Assembly (NCBI GenBank): GCA_030770535.1 | Contig: JASVEC010000016.1 | Span: 248,001-312,000, forward strand | DNA length: 64,000 bases | Direction: 5' to 3' | From: Batkoa obscura | Taxonomy: Eukaryota | Part shown: positions 11,653-25,585 of the stretch, piece by piece | Layout: each line of letters starts with the position of its first letter | Numbering within the stretch: the first letter of the stretch is position 1 | Translations under genes and position numbers: made by a program | The notes under the pieces: generated by a model | Database searches by the model: none | What the model saw: only the letters and a program-made list of their open reading frames with translations | Told to the model about the DNA's origin: nothing

Positions 11653-12527
11653 GGATAGAAAATAAAAAGTACCATATAATTTTATAAATAAGTACTATTT
11701 CTAATGGGTAATAGCAATGATTTATGCATTTCATTTAGCTATTTTTGTATTCATAAAGGTTTAAATTGTACGTTAAATGTTAAGAAATGAAAGAGGACAG
11801 ATTGTATATAACTTTTTATGAATTATATCACCATTTCATACTATGAATGAAGATCAAAAATATTATTTTTAATTCACTAAAGCAATATTATATAGTAAAC
11901 TTTGAGATTATTTATGCCCTGTTTAAAATATAAAAATAAGCTACTAAACAAATAAGAAATGGTCTATTATAAATAGTATTATCGATACTTTTTTCTGAAG
12001 TTGACAAAACTATCGGTTTAATAGACAACAAATGATAAATTATAAACTATATAATCATATTAGGTCTAAAGCTAGTTGTTAATAATGTTATTAGTTGATG
12101 TAAATTTGCTATTTGGCTAAATAAAAAAGTAAAACTGATTGAATTTTTTAATGTTAATCTTAACTATAACTTTAAAAGAGTACTTTTTACTACCTTAGAA
12201 AAATATTTGTAGGATAAAAATAAAAACGTTTAATATAGTATAAAGGTAATAAAATTTCATTCACTATAAGTAATAATTAGGTTAGATAATGAATGTTCAT
12301 TTTGATTTTATGACTATTCATTTTTAATAATATCAATTCTTTTCAACTACTTTATTTCTAATTTTTTTAATATTTAAATACTGTATAATGAAAAATTAAA
12401 ATTGAACGCTGCTATCTTCCTTCATTAAACTTCTTTAAAGATAGATAATAAATTACTTAGTTATATAATGTGATATTAAAAATCAAATCGATACTAAAAA
12501 CTTTATCATTAAATAAAAAAATTAATG

Positions 12528-12631
12528 TATGGGGATGTATTTTTGTGTTTAAGAATTTTACTAACAAATTTTTCGCTCAAATAGCACTTAAAAGATGGAA
12601 AAAGTGATAAAGCTAAAAAAACATCCCTATA
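12528..12631 (+). mobile_element. MITE family copy 4
   Basis: TATGGGGATGT...ACATCCCTATA terminal inverted repeats, TA at both ends. Confidence 0.9.
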
Positions 12632-13629
12632 TGTTTATTTACATTAAATCCATTTATTTTAATTTGTTAATATTCCAGAACTATAAAACACAATATCTGT
12701 AGTTTTTTACTATCATTTTAAAATTCATTCTATAATCCAAAATAAGTAAAACCTTAATAAAAATTTATTTATTATAAAATATTGTTACTTGTATATTTAT
12801 ATAATCCAATACATTGTTCAATGTCTTTCAAAATTATGATTTTCTTCTACTTGAGTCAACACCCGGTATAAGATTGACAATCAATCTAAAAAAATGTTGG
12901 CAACTAACAGATAACCATAAGCTAGAAAAGCTTAAAAACAAGACTATTATTAATCAAATCTTTTAAAAACCCTAAACATAAAGACCTCCAGTTTAACTCA
13001 CAGTCTACTAGTAATGGCTTAATATATTTAGCTTAAGAGTCGTACTATTATATGTATTTAACAGATAATGACTTTCATTATGATCTATATATTTAGCAAA
13101 TGGATAGGAATAATTAGAGGGATCAAATTACATTAAAAGCTTTTGATGTTGAAAGTGGATCCAATGTCTTATCTTGAAAATATTAAACTTTTCAGTAAAC
13201 TTTGTCATGGTGAAACTAAAAAGTTCAACTTCTTACTGTCGAGAATCCCAGTATAGTATAATTGAGACAACAAGCTATTACTAGTGATAGTCAGTTAGAA
13301 CCTGCCCTTCGAGAAGTTCTGACAGAGCTTTTGATCATTAATTTTTGCATACTTTTTATACTTTTTATACTTTTTTGGTGGTGTACCTACTCCAGGGATT
13401 AAAATAATTTGATAACAACTATAAGCAATTTTGAAGAACTTAATCTCTAGTATTTTCTATTTTTCTATTTCTCTATTTCTCTAGCCATTTAATAGACTAC
13501 TTTTATTAGATCTTTGAAAATGTTCTGGTATAAATTCATGCACATAAAAAAACTATTAATCTTTAGTTACAATACCAAATCTCTCTTAACTGTAAAAATA
13601 AAAGTATTTCAACGTATGTTCTTTAATGG

Positions 13630-13733
13630 TATGGGGCTATTTTTTTTAGTTTCATTATTTTTCCATTTTTTAAGCGCTATTTACGTGAAAAAATTGTCAG
13701 TAAAATTCTTAAATACAAAAATACATCCCCGTA
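13630..13733 (-). mobile_element. MITE family copy 5
   Basis: Reverse-oriented full copy ending ACATCCCCGTA. Confidence 0.9.
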
Positions 13734-14107
13734 TTGTAATCAATAAGCTCATATTTTAATATGCATGAATTTCTACCGGAACATTTCAAGTGACCTAATA
13801 GTGTCAATTATTTATTGTTTAATGAAATTCAATTTTGATAATTTTTATTACAGTGCAACAGCTATACCTTATGTTACTTATGGCATATTATTTAAAATTC
13901 AAAATGTTGATTTTAAATTAGACAAAAACTTCTCTGCAATTTTTGAGCCAACTTCTAGATTTTGTCAAATACCAATTTAGACCTCAGCATTTTATGATAA
14001 AAAAGCCGAAAACTTAAATTGAAATTCAAGAGTTAAAATTAAAACGAGTTAAATTAAAAAAATATTTATTTTTAAGAAAGACATAATAATACGAAAAAAT
14101 AATTAAA

Positions 14108-17100
14108 TTAAATAACGCTCTTTAGATAGCGTTGTATAACAGCCTCTAATTCAGATTGAGAAGTTTTTAAAACCCTTAATACATTTTTATCAAACGTATT
14201 GTTATCAACCAAAAGGATAGCTGAAGACTTAGCTTTAGCTACTTGAACCAATTCAACCTCAGCCTCAATGGCATGAACATGTTCATTTTCAATCCCTAAC
14301 TTAGAAATAGGTATCAACACCTTAAAAAAGAAAGCGGTTTCAAGCCAATCATATTCGATATCACGCTCACTTAACATATCCAAAAATTGATCACATAGCT
14401 CGGAGATATCCACTTTAGCAATTTTTATTACCTTGGATTTCAAGCATTCCGTTATTGAAACTTGTCTTACACCTGGTATAACGTCAACTTCTTCTTTCTT
14501 TTTAATAGAATTAAATGGAGGTGGTGTAGCTTTTGATTTTAATAAACTATCAATAGCTGTATTAATATCTTGATTTTCAATTTCTACTCGATTGATAGTT
14601 AATTCCATAGCTTTGGGAGATTTACCAGTCGTAGCTGCAATCATAGCTTTTGCTTCATAAGTGGCTAAATCATCAACAATTTCTTTTGTATTTTGTTTGG
14701 GTGATTTGAATATACCAACTTTACCATCCTTAGAAAAATCTTTAGCGTATTTGTCTTCAGGTTCTGAATCACTAGTTTCATTATCATAGACCTGTTTAGC
14801 TAATTTATTATAGATATCCTGCGCTTTATTTTCCACTATGACCTTTTCGTTAACAGACACTTTTGAGTCAGTAATTGTGGTATCTGATTCATTCTCGTAT
14901 TCTTCTTCATTGGAGTCTTTAAAAGTAACCTTTTTCTTTGGCCTATTATCTTCTCCTTTGGTAAGATCTTGACTGGCTCTGTTACGATAATCACTTAATA
15001 ATTTGTCTAAATATTTCTTTTGGTTTGAAATAATTGGTAGTACCATAGGTTCTTCACCATTTTCATCTACTTTCTTATTCATCATAGCTTTCACTTTTTC
15101 AGACATATTGGTTCGATTACCAGAGATAGGACTAACTAACAATGGACTTGTTGTCAAGAAAGGACTCCTTAATCCATTTTGTGCTGGACTACTGATTTTG
15201 TTTGGAGTCAAATTGCCATTAGATTCTTTGACTGCATCTGAAACATCCTTCTTTAATCTAGTAGTTTCAATTGGGCCTTCTTTTAATCCCTTAAATATCA
15301 TAGCAGCTTGTGAATCAGGTTCAATTGTGTTTTCATCTTTATCTTTTAATGATGATTCTCTTTCATAAACAGGCATTGGCTCACCTTCTTGCTTATTTAT
15401 CATTTCCTTTTCTTTTAAGTGATTGCGAATCCTTTCCTTAACTGATTCAGTTTCACTTTCAGTGTTCTGAACCTCGCTTTCTATGATTTCAGGTTTAGAA
15501 TTCTTCTTTTTTAAAGTGGGTTTACGTCCTAACTTATAAATAGTAATCCTTCTCTTTACAGAATTTCTACGTCCACCATTTACTTTAGTCATTTCATCTT
15601 CAATCTTGATCTGTATATCACCACTTTCATCTACTTTTTTATCATCATTTTTTGTAATTGATTCAACTAGTTCTTTGTTTTCTTTTGATTCTTGTTTAGA
15701 ATAAAACCCTTCATATAAACTAGCTCTTTTACTTTTATAAATCTCTTTACGTTTTTGACTATTTAATAGTGAATCATCTCGATCTTTTTGTTCTAACTCT
15801 AATCTCAAATCTTCATTCATTTTACGATAGGTTTCATACATTGACGCTCTCTTAGCTTTATATGTTTCTTTATCCCAAGTTCCATTTTCAGATCCTGAAT
15901 TATATCCTTTATCGTTGGTAGAACGAACTCTTTCCATAGTATTTGAAAAGTTAGTACTATTTGTAGATGGTTCACTACTATTAGTTGATTCATCTAACTC
16001 TTCACCACCGCCGACGGTATAAGCTCTACGCCTTCTACCTTCAGTAACGGCAGCCCTTCTACTCAGTGAAGATATTGGCTTTTCATTCTTAATTATTTCA
16101 GCCTCATAAGATTCAACATCTTCAGGTTTAGGTTTAGGTGATTCAACGTTGATTGCTCCATTTTCACTATACACACGCTTAAATTGATTTTCTTCTTCGA
16201 CAACAACACCTGGGTGATTGTCAGTAGCATTACGACGCATTTCATTTTCAACTGGTTTAACTGACCCCGCTTCTTCATTTTGTTCCTTTGACTGGGGAAC
16301 TATGCGTGGAATAGGATTAGGTGCTACTTTTTTAGTTTCAGTGACTGCTGGTTTATCAGCTTGTGGTTGAGTAGTTTCAACTTTGGTCTTTTCACGTGTA
16401 TTTGCTATAAGATGATATACTGCTACCAATGGCGAATTGCTTACTGTGATGTATCCATCCTGCTCTTTTCCTTTTTTCATTTCTTCTTCCAATTGTTGTA
16501 AGATAGAATATTCACTCTGAAACATACATGCTGTCATTTCGGATATTATACTACGATCTAACCTAGCTGGTAAAGTACGGTGATTACTAGGACGATAGAT
16601 AGTATTTGGATTAGAGCTAGCTCTTTTAGCTATAAATGGATGTTTTGCTATTTCTGGCATAGTAATACGACGTTTTGGATTAGGATCTAATAAACGAGTG
16701 ATAATTGATTTTGGAGTTGGGTGCATGTTTGGTGTCCATTTTATTTTGCCATTCATTACACATTCCCATGCACCTGGGTTACGTGGGTCATCAAACGGTA
16801 AAGTACCAGTTAACATAGCAAACAATACAACACCTATTGACCATATATCTACTTCTGGGCCAATATAAGGGTCTCCTCGCATAATTTCAGGAGCCGAATA
16901 TTGTAATGAGCCACAAAATGTTTTTAAAGCATTTTTTTGATCAAAAAAATTGGCTAAACCAAAATCAATAATTTTTACATTATCATCTTTATCAATCATT
17001 ATATTCTAAAAACTAATTAATATTTTATAATAAGATAGAGTAAAATAGATTACTTCGACTTTGATATCTCTATGTACTACAAAATTGGAATGACAGTACC

Positions 17101-17596
17101 CAATAGCATCAATAATTTGTTCAAAATAATGAGCAGCTACTTCCACTTTTAAGCCATTTCTACCAATTTTATCTGTAAGTTGACAACCACTTATATATTC
17201 ATGAAACAAATAAAAATGAGATTTTGTAATCCTACAGTCTTTTAAAGGTACAATATGAGGATGTCTTAAAAATCGAGTGAGATTAGCCTCCCTCAATATC
17301 CTTTGTTCAAATGTTTTCCCTCCTCTACCCTTATTTCCAGTTTCTGGATCTGGAGGCACAAATCTTCTTATAATCTTTACTGCTAGCTAAAAAAAATATA
17401 AGAAATTAATAAATGTTGAGTTAGTTAATAATATAATTACTTTATCTCCATTTTTGACATTGACAATGAGTTTGACTTTACCATAGGAACCTTCTCCTAA
17501 AGTTTTTCCAATTTGAAACTCTCCTAAGGGCGTCTTCATTATACCAGGCCCTTTGCTGGTCACTGATAAAGCAGTGGGATCATTGCGATTAGCCAT
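14108..17596 (-). CDS. Kin1/MARK-like CAMK-group kinase with long low-complexity tail and probable KA1-like C-terminus, 3 coding exons
   Basis: GEGSYGKVK, AVKI, RILREANL..L.HPHI, HRDIKVEN, DFGLAN, TFCGSLQYSAPE, YIGPEVDIWS (Kin1-type); introns near 17386-17440 and 17006-17053. Confidence 0.88.
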
Positions 17597-19289
17597 TAAT
17601 TAAATTGATATGTTATTAGTATTAAGTCTAAAGGTTGATGGAAATCTGCAATAAATAAAAGCTTTATTTTTATTTATCTAATTTTAATGAATAAACAGAA
17701 AAGAAAAGTAAAAAATCAATTAAATTAATAAAGTAGTTTTTTTTTAAAGTGGCTTTGAATGATGAAGATAAACTGTACTTTAAGAGTAAATTTTGGTATT
17801 TCAAACGATTGAGATCATTCTATTATTGATATCATTGGAATCTCTATTTTCAAAATTACTTAGACTTTTTAGTTATTACTTTAACTTTTACAAAAATTTA
17901 CTTACTTTGGCCTTTTTTACATTGCCTATAATTTTAGGGAAATTTACTAATTAATGACTTCCGAATGGCTTAACGAAGCTTTTATTGGCCTATTTTTAAA
18001 TTTAACGTAGCTCAAGATGACCGTTAAAAAAAGGCTATTTCTATTTTTGCTTTAATCAAAATTTTCATCTATTTCCAAAGTTTAACTTGAATTTATCAAT
18101 ATTATCAAAATAAAATTCTCAATACAAATATCATCCTCTATTTCATAGCCTCTTTTTTTTTCTTTTTTTATATACAAACTTGAAATATTTAAGACGTCAA
18201 AATTTAAACGGTTGAATTTAATATTAAATTTAAAGTTGATTAGAAATACAAGTTTATTTTTAATCTTTGTTTAAAAAAGGGTGATAAAGTAGTAAGGTTT
18301 TATCCTTCAATAATGACAACCAGATATGCTTGATATGCTATTTATAAAAAGCTTTTATAGGATGTAAAATCAACCGAAGAAGTGTTCTCACATAGTTATA
18401 TTGAAGTTTCACTTGAGATTATAAGATAGATGATGTTGCATTATATTAGATACAAAGCAATTTTATAAAAATACTTAACATTTGGTTATAAATAAAATAT
18501 AGTAAATATTAGCTTCCTTTATTGAGTTGTTCTAATTTATATTGAGTAATAAAGCTTTATTTTAAACCTTTATATCGCCCATACGTTTATAGTAAAATTG
18601 TAATATAATAATAGTTGATGTTTATGTAAGCTTTGACTTACACATAAACAAATGAAATTAATAACTAGTAAGTATTTTTCATAAATATAACTGATAAAGA
18701 TGTTTACTGTTGTTATATTATATTCCTTTGTAAATAGAAAGTTTACTTGGAAATTGTTATATGCCACGACTATCACCTAAAGTTATACAATACAATATTT
18801 TAACTTAAACAGTAGAAATTAGAAACATGTATAAATTGACAGTATAAAAACAAACATGATAAGAGATCAACTTTAACAATGTAATGTTAAAAATTAAATG
18901 AAAAAAATAGTATTATTTTATTTAAAACACAAAACTAACTTCAATACATTACCTCTTACAAAACGCTCTTTCTAAACACAAAGTTTGAACTTTTTCAACA
19001 ATCCCCAAAATCTTCCAACACCTCCATTTTTTATTTTCAATTAATATTTTTAAACCTAATTCACTTGGGTATTTTTTATCATCGATTTCTTTTTATGAAA
19101 GCCATTATAAAGTTTATTCAAATACTTCTCTTAAATTCTAGTAGAATAAAAACAAGATTGATCACTAATAATATATATATCCATGGTAATTTTTAGGCAA
19201 AGTTTATCCATTATAGATCAATTTAATTATATTGCTGCTATCATATAAGTTATCATTTATGTCATCTCTTTTTTTATAATGATAGGAAG

Positions 19290-19980
19290 CTTTGTGTTTA
19301 TCTTCACATAGTACTCACTGAATTCCATACCCGCTTTTAACTTCCTTGTAAATTTTTATCTTTAAACTATTTGGTCCCATAGCTATATGTTTGCCATCAT
19401 CAATTTCCACTTGATGGGAAAGAAAGATGAAACTACCAATGTACCTTTTGGAATTAAAACCTTGGCTAGTTATTCTTTTATCAAAGCTAACTTTTTAAAC
19501 TTATTTGGGAATTGCTTTTGGTATTTATTTAAATTCTTAAAGGATGGGCTAATGGGATCAAATGTAAGAATTTCTGTTTTGTTATAGTCTAGTAAGATAA
19601 AAATTTGTAGCGCTTTTAGAACATCACATGCTTATTCTAAAAACATAAAGTTGTCTGAATAAACTTCATCTTCCACAATATTACAGTTGCTTTCTTCTAT
19701 TTGGTCTGGAGCAAAGTAATCATTGGGATATTTTTTGCCCTCTTCTACATCAGCAAAATTATTTTCAGGCTAATTTTTGTGTGAACAACTAGAATAATTA
19801 ATTTTATTTGTTTTTGCTTTAAACACTATCTTTGCTTGTTATTATTTTAGGATGATTGTATTTAGATTGGTCCGAAAATAAATGATTGATAGAATTAATG
19901 TTAGCTACTATCATCTTTAAAGCATCCTACTATTTCAATGTAAATTGAGAACCGGAATTAGCTAACCCAAGGACTGACAT
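19290..19980 (-). mobile_element. Possible highly decayed LTR-retrotransposon pol fragment
   Basis: Broken frames reading VLGLANSGSQFTL (aspartic-protease DSG-like with D>N) and downstream SHQVEIDDGKHIAMGP; many stops. Confidence 0.3.
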
Positions 19981-20098
19981 GTTTTAATACTAATCTATCT
20001 TCTTAATTTTGAAGATATAAACAAATTATTTAATTTAATTTAATTTAATTTATACTCTTGAGTAAATGAGATATTATAGTTTTAATCATTTTAATTAA

Positions 20099-20199
20099 TA
20101 TGGAGCTGTTTTTTTTTAACTTCATAACTTTTTCCATTTTTTGGGCGCTATTTAAGTGGAGAGATTGTTAGTAAAATTATTAAAAAATACATCCCCATA
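20099..20199 (-). mobile_element. MITE family copy 6
   Basis: Reverse copy ending ATACATCCCCATA; head-to-head with copy 7. Confidence 0.85.
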
Positions 20200-20215
20200 T
20201 ACTTATTTTAATCTA

Positions 20216-20285
20216 TATAGAGGTGTATTTTTATGTTTAAGGATTTTACTAACAAATTTTCTGCTCAAATAGCGCTTAAAAAATG
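20216..20285 (+). mobile_element. MITE family copy 7 (3'-truncated)
   Basis: TATAGAGGTGTATTTTTATGTTTAAGGATTTTACTAACAAATTTTCTGCTCAAATAGCGCTTAAAAAATG, after which similarity stops. Confidence 0.8.
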
Positions 20286-20837
20286 TATTTAGAATAATAT
20301 TATTTAGTATAATAAAACACTTCATATTTTAAAATATCTAGTTAATTATTGAAACAAAATCTAAGTTATTGAAGTTTTATAAAAATAGAAGAAGCACTAC
20401 AAGTTAACTATATGCTGTATATATATGATAAAATGCTAGTCGCATTCATCAATATTACTCAGTTCTCATGAAAAATACTTCTAGTTAATAAATTAAATTA
20501 AATGCTACTAAATGTTAGAAAATAAGAAAATTATAATATAATTAGTAAAATATTATTATATTAAATATATATATATTAAATTATTGATTTTTACTAAATA
20601 ATATTTAATAATGATATTATTTCCATAAAGACAATAAAGTATAACTTAAATATGACTAAATAGCTATTTAAAATTTTAAAACTTTTTGAACTAAAAAGTC
20701 AACTTTTTTATTTTCAATTAAGTTTCAAAAGCATTCAATTATTATTATAAACTTATAATAAAGCCTAAACCTATACTATATCACATTTCAGAGCACCTTA
20801 AAAAGCAGCATATTGTTACAATGATAACATGTAACTG

Positions 20838-20924
20838 ACTTCAAATAATATTGTTACTTCAAATAATATTGTTACTTCAAATAATATTGTTACTTCAAAT
20901 AATATTGTTACTTCAAATAATATT
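20838..20924. repeat. Perfect 18-bp minisatellite (ACTTCAAATAATATTGTT) x4.8
   Basis: Four exact units plus a 15-nt partial unit read directly. Confidence 0.95.
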
Positions 20925-21272
20925 CCCACTCCTTTACTAAAAAAACCCAAACAATTTATTTTCGAGAAAATCTAGTTTTTGAAGTCAGCTTCATTTGGAA
21001 TCCTGCCTTCCAATTATAGTCGAACAAAGATTAACATTAAGCTACGTCATTTAAAATCTTCAATTGTTCCTATTTAAGCAAATAGCAAAGTAAAAGTAAT
21101 CAATTTTTATTAAAAATAATAATGAGAATAAAAAGGTTGTTCATCTTTTGAACTTGAATTGAATTTATTTATTTAAAAAATACATTTTTCATTAAGCTAT
21201 AAAAAGGCAACAATTCACCTTAAAAATTCTATTGAATATCTGAAACAAAAAAAGAATTAAAAAGAATCAAAC

Positions 21273-23274
21273 ATGAGTATTATCAAAGCAGTTGCAAAAC
21301 CCAGTCAAATTGTACGTAAAGTCATGACTTGTGTAATTCATGGTTCAGGTGGATGTCCATGTCATGGGGGTACTATTAGAAACACCGTAAATCGATTAGC
21401 TACCACTAAACCAGTAGAGAAAGAATATGCTTTTGAAATGGCTAGTTCTAATATTCGATATGGTCTTGGAGTAACTAAGTAAGAAAAATGAATTTAAAGA
21501 ATTGTATTTTTTGGATATTAACAAGTCTTATTTTAGAGAAGTTGGCTTTGATGCGATTAATTTAGGAGCTAAAAAAGTAGCTGTGGTAACTGATGCTAAT
21601 GTAAGGAGGTTTTATAGTTTTTTTGCAATCAAGATTTATTAATAGTGTTTCACTTTATTTAGTTAAGTGAATTAAGTCCAGTTAAAAATGTTATCAAATC
21701 CTTAGAAGAAAATAATGTGAATTATGTTTTATTCAATCAAGTTACTATTGAACCAACAGATAAAAGGTAATAATTATAATTCACCACTGTTGTAAAATCA
21801 TTAAACTAAGATTACCCTTATTTTTAAACAAAAGTTTCCAAAAAGCAATTGATTTTGCTAAACAGAATCAACCAGATCTTTTTATTGCTGTTGGTGGTGG
21901 ATCTGTTATTGATACTGCTAAAGCAGCTAATTTATATTCTTGTTATCCTGATGCTGATTTATTAGATTTTGTTAATACACCTATCGGAAAAGGTTTACCA
22001 ATTACAAGGACTTTAAAGCCATTGATTGCTGGTATGTTTATTTATCTATTTATAATAAGAATAACAAATAAATAAATGACCTGTTCATTTTATTAATTCC
22101 ATTATTATAGTCCCAACTACCGCTGGTACTGGAAGTGAAACAACTGGAACAGCTATTTTTGATTATACTCCATTACAAACTAAGACTGGTATTGCTCATC
22201 GTAATTTAAAGCCGTTATTAGGTATTGTAGATCCATTGAATACTCGTAGTATGCCTGCAAATGTAATAGCAGCCTCAGGTTTAGATGTATTATGCCATTC
22301 TCTAGAATCATATACTGCTATACCTTATAATCAACGTAGTCCAAGACCTAAGAATCCAATTGAAAGACCAGCTTATCAAGGAGCTAATCCAATTTCAGAT
22401 ATTTGGTAAAATAATGTTTAATTGGATAATGAATGATAAATGAATAGAAATGATAATAACATTTATATTTATTTTAGGTCATTGAAAGCATTACAAATGT
22501 GTATTAAATATTTACCAAGAGCTTTTAAAGATCCTAGTGATATTGAAGCTAGTGAAAATATGTTATTAGCAGCTACTTATGCTGGTAAATTTAATTATTA
22601 AATTAATTATTAAATTAATTATTATTATTTTAGGTATTGGTTTTGGTAATGCTGGAGTTCATTTATGCCATGGGTAATTAAATTATTAATGTTTTAGTTA
22701 TTATTTATTATTTATTTTATTATAGTATGTCTTACCCAATTTCTGGATTAAATAAAAAATATTTACATCCTCAATACGAAATGGCTGGAAAACCTATTAT
22801 TGTACGATTTAATTAATTAATTAATTATTAAAATATTTTTTTTAAATTTTAATTTATTTAGCCTCATGGTATTTCTGTAGCCATTACTTCTCCTTCAGTA
22901 TTTGAATTCACTGCTGATTCCAACCCAGAAAGACATTTGATTGCTGCTAAAGCATTTGGTAAGTTTAACAATTTTAAATTAATTAATTTTTATTTTATAA
23001 TATTAATATTAACTAATATTAATTATTAATAGGTATCAATATAGACACTGTAAAATCCGACGATGCTGGTAAAGCATTAGGTGAAGGTCTAAGAAAATTT
23101 TTAAATGATTTAAAAGTACCCAATGGATTAAATGAATTAGGTTATAATTCATCTAATATTCAAGAATTAGTAAAAGGTACTTTACCTCAACACAGGGTAA
23201 CTAAATTAGCTCCAATTACTGTAGAAGAAGAAGTATTATCTAAAATCTTTGAAGCTTCAATGAAACTTTATTAA
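21273..23274 (+). CDS. ADHFE1: Hydroxyacid-oxoacid transhydrogenase (Fe-ADH family), 10 exons
   Basis: [76 protein letters not shown]; 9 GT-AG introns. Confidence 0.96.
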
Positions 23275-23331
23275 TAAAAGTAAATAAATTGTTAATGGAA
23301 TTTTAAATATTACTTTGTTTATTATATTATC

Positions 23332-23379
23332 ATATTATTATATTATTATATTATTATATTATTATATTATTATATTATT
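23332..23379. repeat. (ATATTATT)x6 tandem repeat abutting the TPC1 stop codon
   Basis: Six exact 8-nt units in the 105-bp gap between the convergent ADHFE1 and TPC1 genes. Confidence 0.85.
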
Positions 23380-24005
23380 TTATTCTAAACATTTTAAGCA
23401 TAAACCATAAACTCCAAAAGTTACTGCCGAGGTAGGTATTGATTTTAATAAACCTGGTAATAAACCTTTATAAAAAGCAGTAATACCTTCATGTCGTAAC
23501 ATATTTTTAATTAATTTACTTAATTTCCTTGGTGTATTTGTTGGATTTGTTTTTGTTGAGATTACTACCTAAAAAAAGAAAAAAAAAACATTAATAAGAA
23601 TAACATTAATAAGGCTATTTTTTTAAACTTACTTGTAATCTCTTCCTTAAAACATCCATTGGAAATACAATTATTTTTGATATAAAACCAGCTATGGAAC
23701 CAGCTATACTATGACTGGAATTATAAAATATAGAATCTTTGGGCTACAAAAGAGGATCAATTAATAAGTTAAAGTATATTAATAGAACAATTATTTACTT
23801 ACGATTGTTTCTTTTAATTTTTGATTAGATACTTCATAAGTAAAAAACATTAACCCCATATACGGAAAAATTTGTAGTAAAGCTGGATTTAAACCATGAT
23901 AATAACCCTTAATGCCTTCTAATTTATAGATCTTTTTTATAGCGTGATAGATACTTTTATAATTCTATTTGTATATTATTATTATATTAGTAAATATTAT
24001 TTTTA

Positions 24006-24036
<31 letters not shown>

Positions 24037-24807
24037 TCAACTTACATTATTAGATTCTTTAACTTGTAAAGCAAATCGTGTTCTTAATAAATCAAATGGA
24101 TACGTTAAAAAAGTTGCTAAAAAACCAGCAGAAGAACCAGATAGAAAATAAGTTAAGTTTTTATCATGTATTGATAACTAAATGATAAATGATTAGAATT
24201 AATTAATTAATCATATAATTATTAAATATAATATAATAATAATATAATAATATGATAATATAATACTTACTTTATTGATTGAAGTTTCTATTTTATTATA
24301 AAAGAAAAATTGGGAAGCTCCATAAAATACATATAAGTAAGATGCACTCCAATTACCTTTCCAAAAGGCCTAAAGATTATTATTATTATTATAAAAAAAG
24401 AGGATATTTTTTAAATTTACTTACTCTAATTCCTTCTTCTTTATAAATCGTTTGGAATGTACCTATAATACCTTTATATTTTATTGGTTTTAATTTTATT
24501 TTTTCAGTATCCCATAGTTTCGATTGAGATCTTTGTACCTAATTGAGTTGCTTTGTTATAAACTTCTAGTTAATTTATAAATATAACTAGTTTACTTGTA
24601 ATCGTATTTTTATTACATCTAAAGGTGAGATAACAAACCTATTAGATAAAGGGAAATGATAAAAATTAAAAAATGGAAATAGAAATAGAAAAACTAATTA
24701 TTTTATTTTCATTTTTATAAGTATAATTCTATTTACCTTGATATTAATCCAGCCACACCCCCACACATAGCATGGATACTCGGATTAGATTCTTTAGTTT
24801 TACTCAT
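23380..24807 (-). CDS. TPC1: Mitochondrial carrier, thiamine-pyrophosphate carrier type (SLC25A19/Tpc1), multi-exon (absent from ORF track)
   Basis: Three carrier motifs PLDVIKIRLQ, PFDLLRTRFA, PMDVLRKRLQ; FWKGNWSASYLYVFYGASQF and QIFPYMGLMF are Tpc1-type. Confidence 0.88.
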
Positions 24808-25585
24808 CTTAAACATAAAACTCAATCTTTATTTGATTTTATATTGAATTTAATAATTGATATTTATATTAATATATTTGTTATTCAACCAATCATTTAA
24901 AGTTATAATTCTAATTACTGGAATTTATTTGGCAAATGATTTTTAAAGTTTCTAGTGAACCATTTCTATTGACTTTAAATTTATTAAGAAAATAAGAATA
25001 ACAAATAAAAATATAAGGACTTCTATTGGCTCAATAGAATCATCCCTTAGTGTACCTTTATCTATTTAAAAAACAATTAATTAGTCTCTATTTTCATAAT
25101 TATATTAACTAAAGATGACTACTATATTACTAAAATAAAAAAATAATATAAAATATTAAGAAAACCACAATTTATATTTAGTTTAATAAAAATATCATTT
25201 TATATATTTAATAAAATACTAGTTAAATAGTTAGTTTTATTAACTAGATTTTTAATAAACTTTCTATTCAACTTAAAATAGAAGTTTACCACCCGCTTAA
25301 TAGTTCCATTGAAATTAAAATTGCCCTTGAAACCAACTTTTATTAAATAACAAATTAAATTAAAGAATAAAATTCAAGGTAGCCAATAAAATTTGAATGT
25401 CTTTAAATCTCAACTCTCTAATCGGAAAATTTCAAAAAAGAGAATTGAGTAGTTAACAAAATAATTTCAAATTGAATTTTAACCTTATTAAAAAATTCAA
25501 TTACAAAAACATAACAAAACTTACAATCTTTATTTCTTTATTATTCAAATTTTTAATTAATTAATACGATTCTGTTTTTATATAT

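Noticed and set aside
12840..13350. Coding-like remnant between MITE copies 4 and 5
   Set aside because: No sustained frame or recognisable motif.
15003..15368. Antisense or alternate-frame ORFs inside genes (also 36216, 39954, 43572, 44783, 54967 and others)
   Set aside because: Shadows of real coding sequence with no recognisable motifs.
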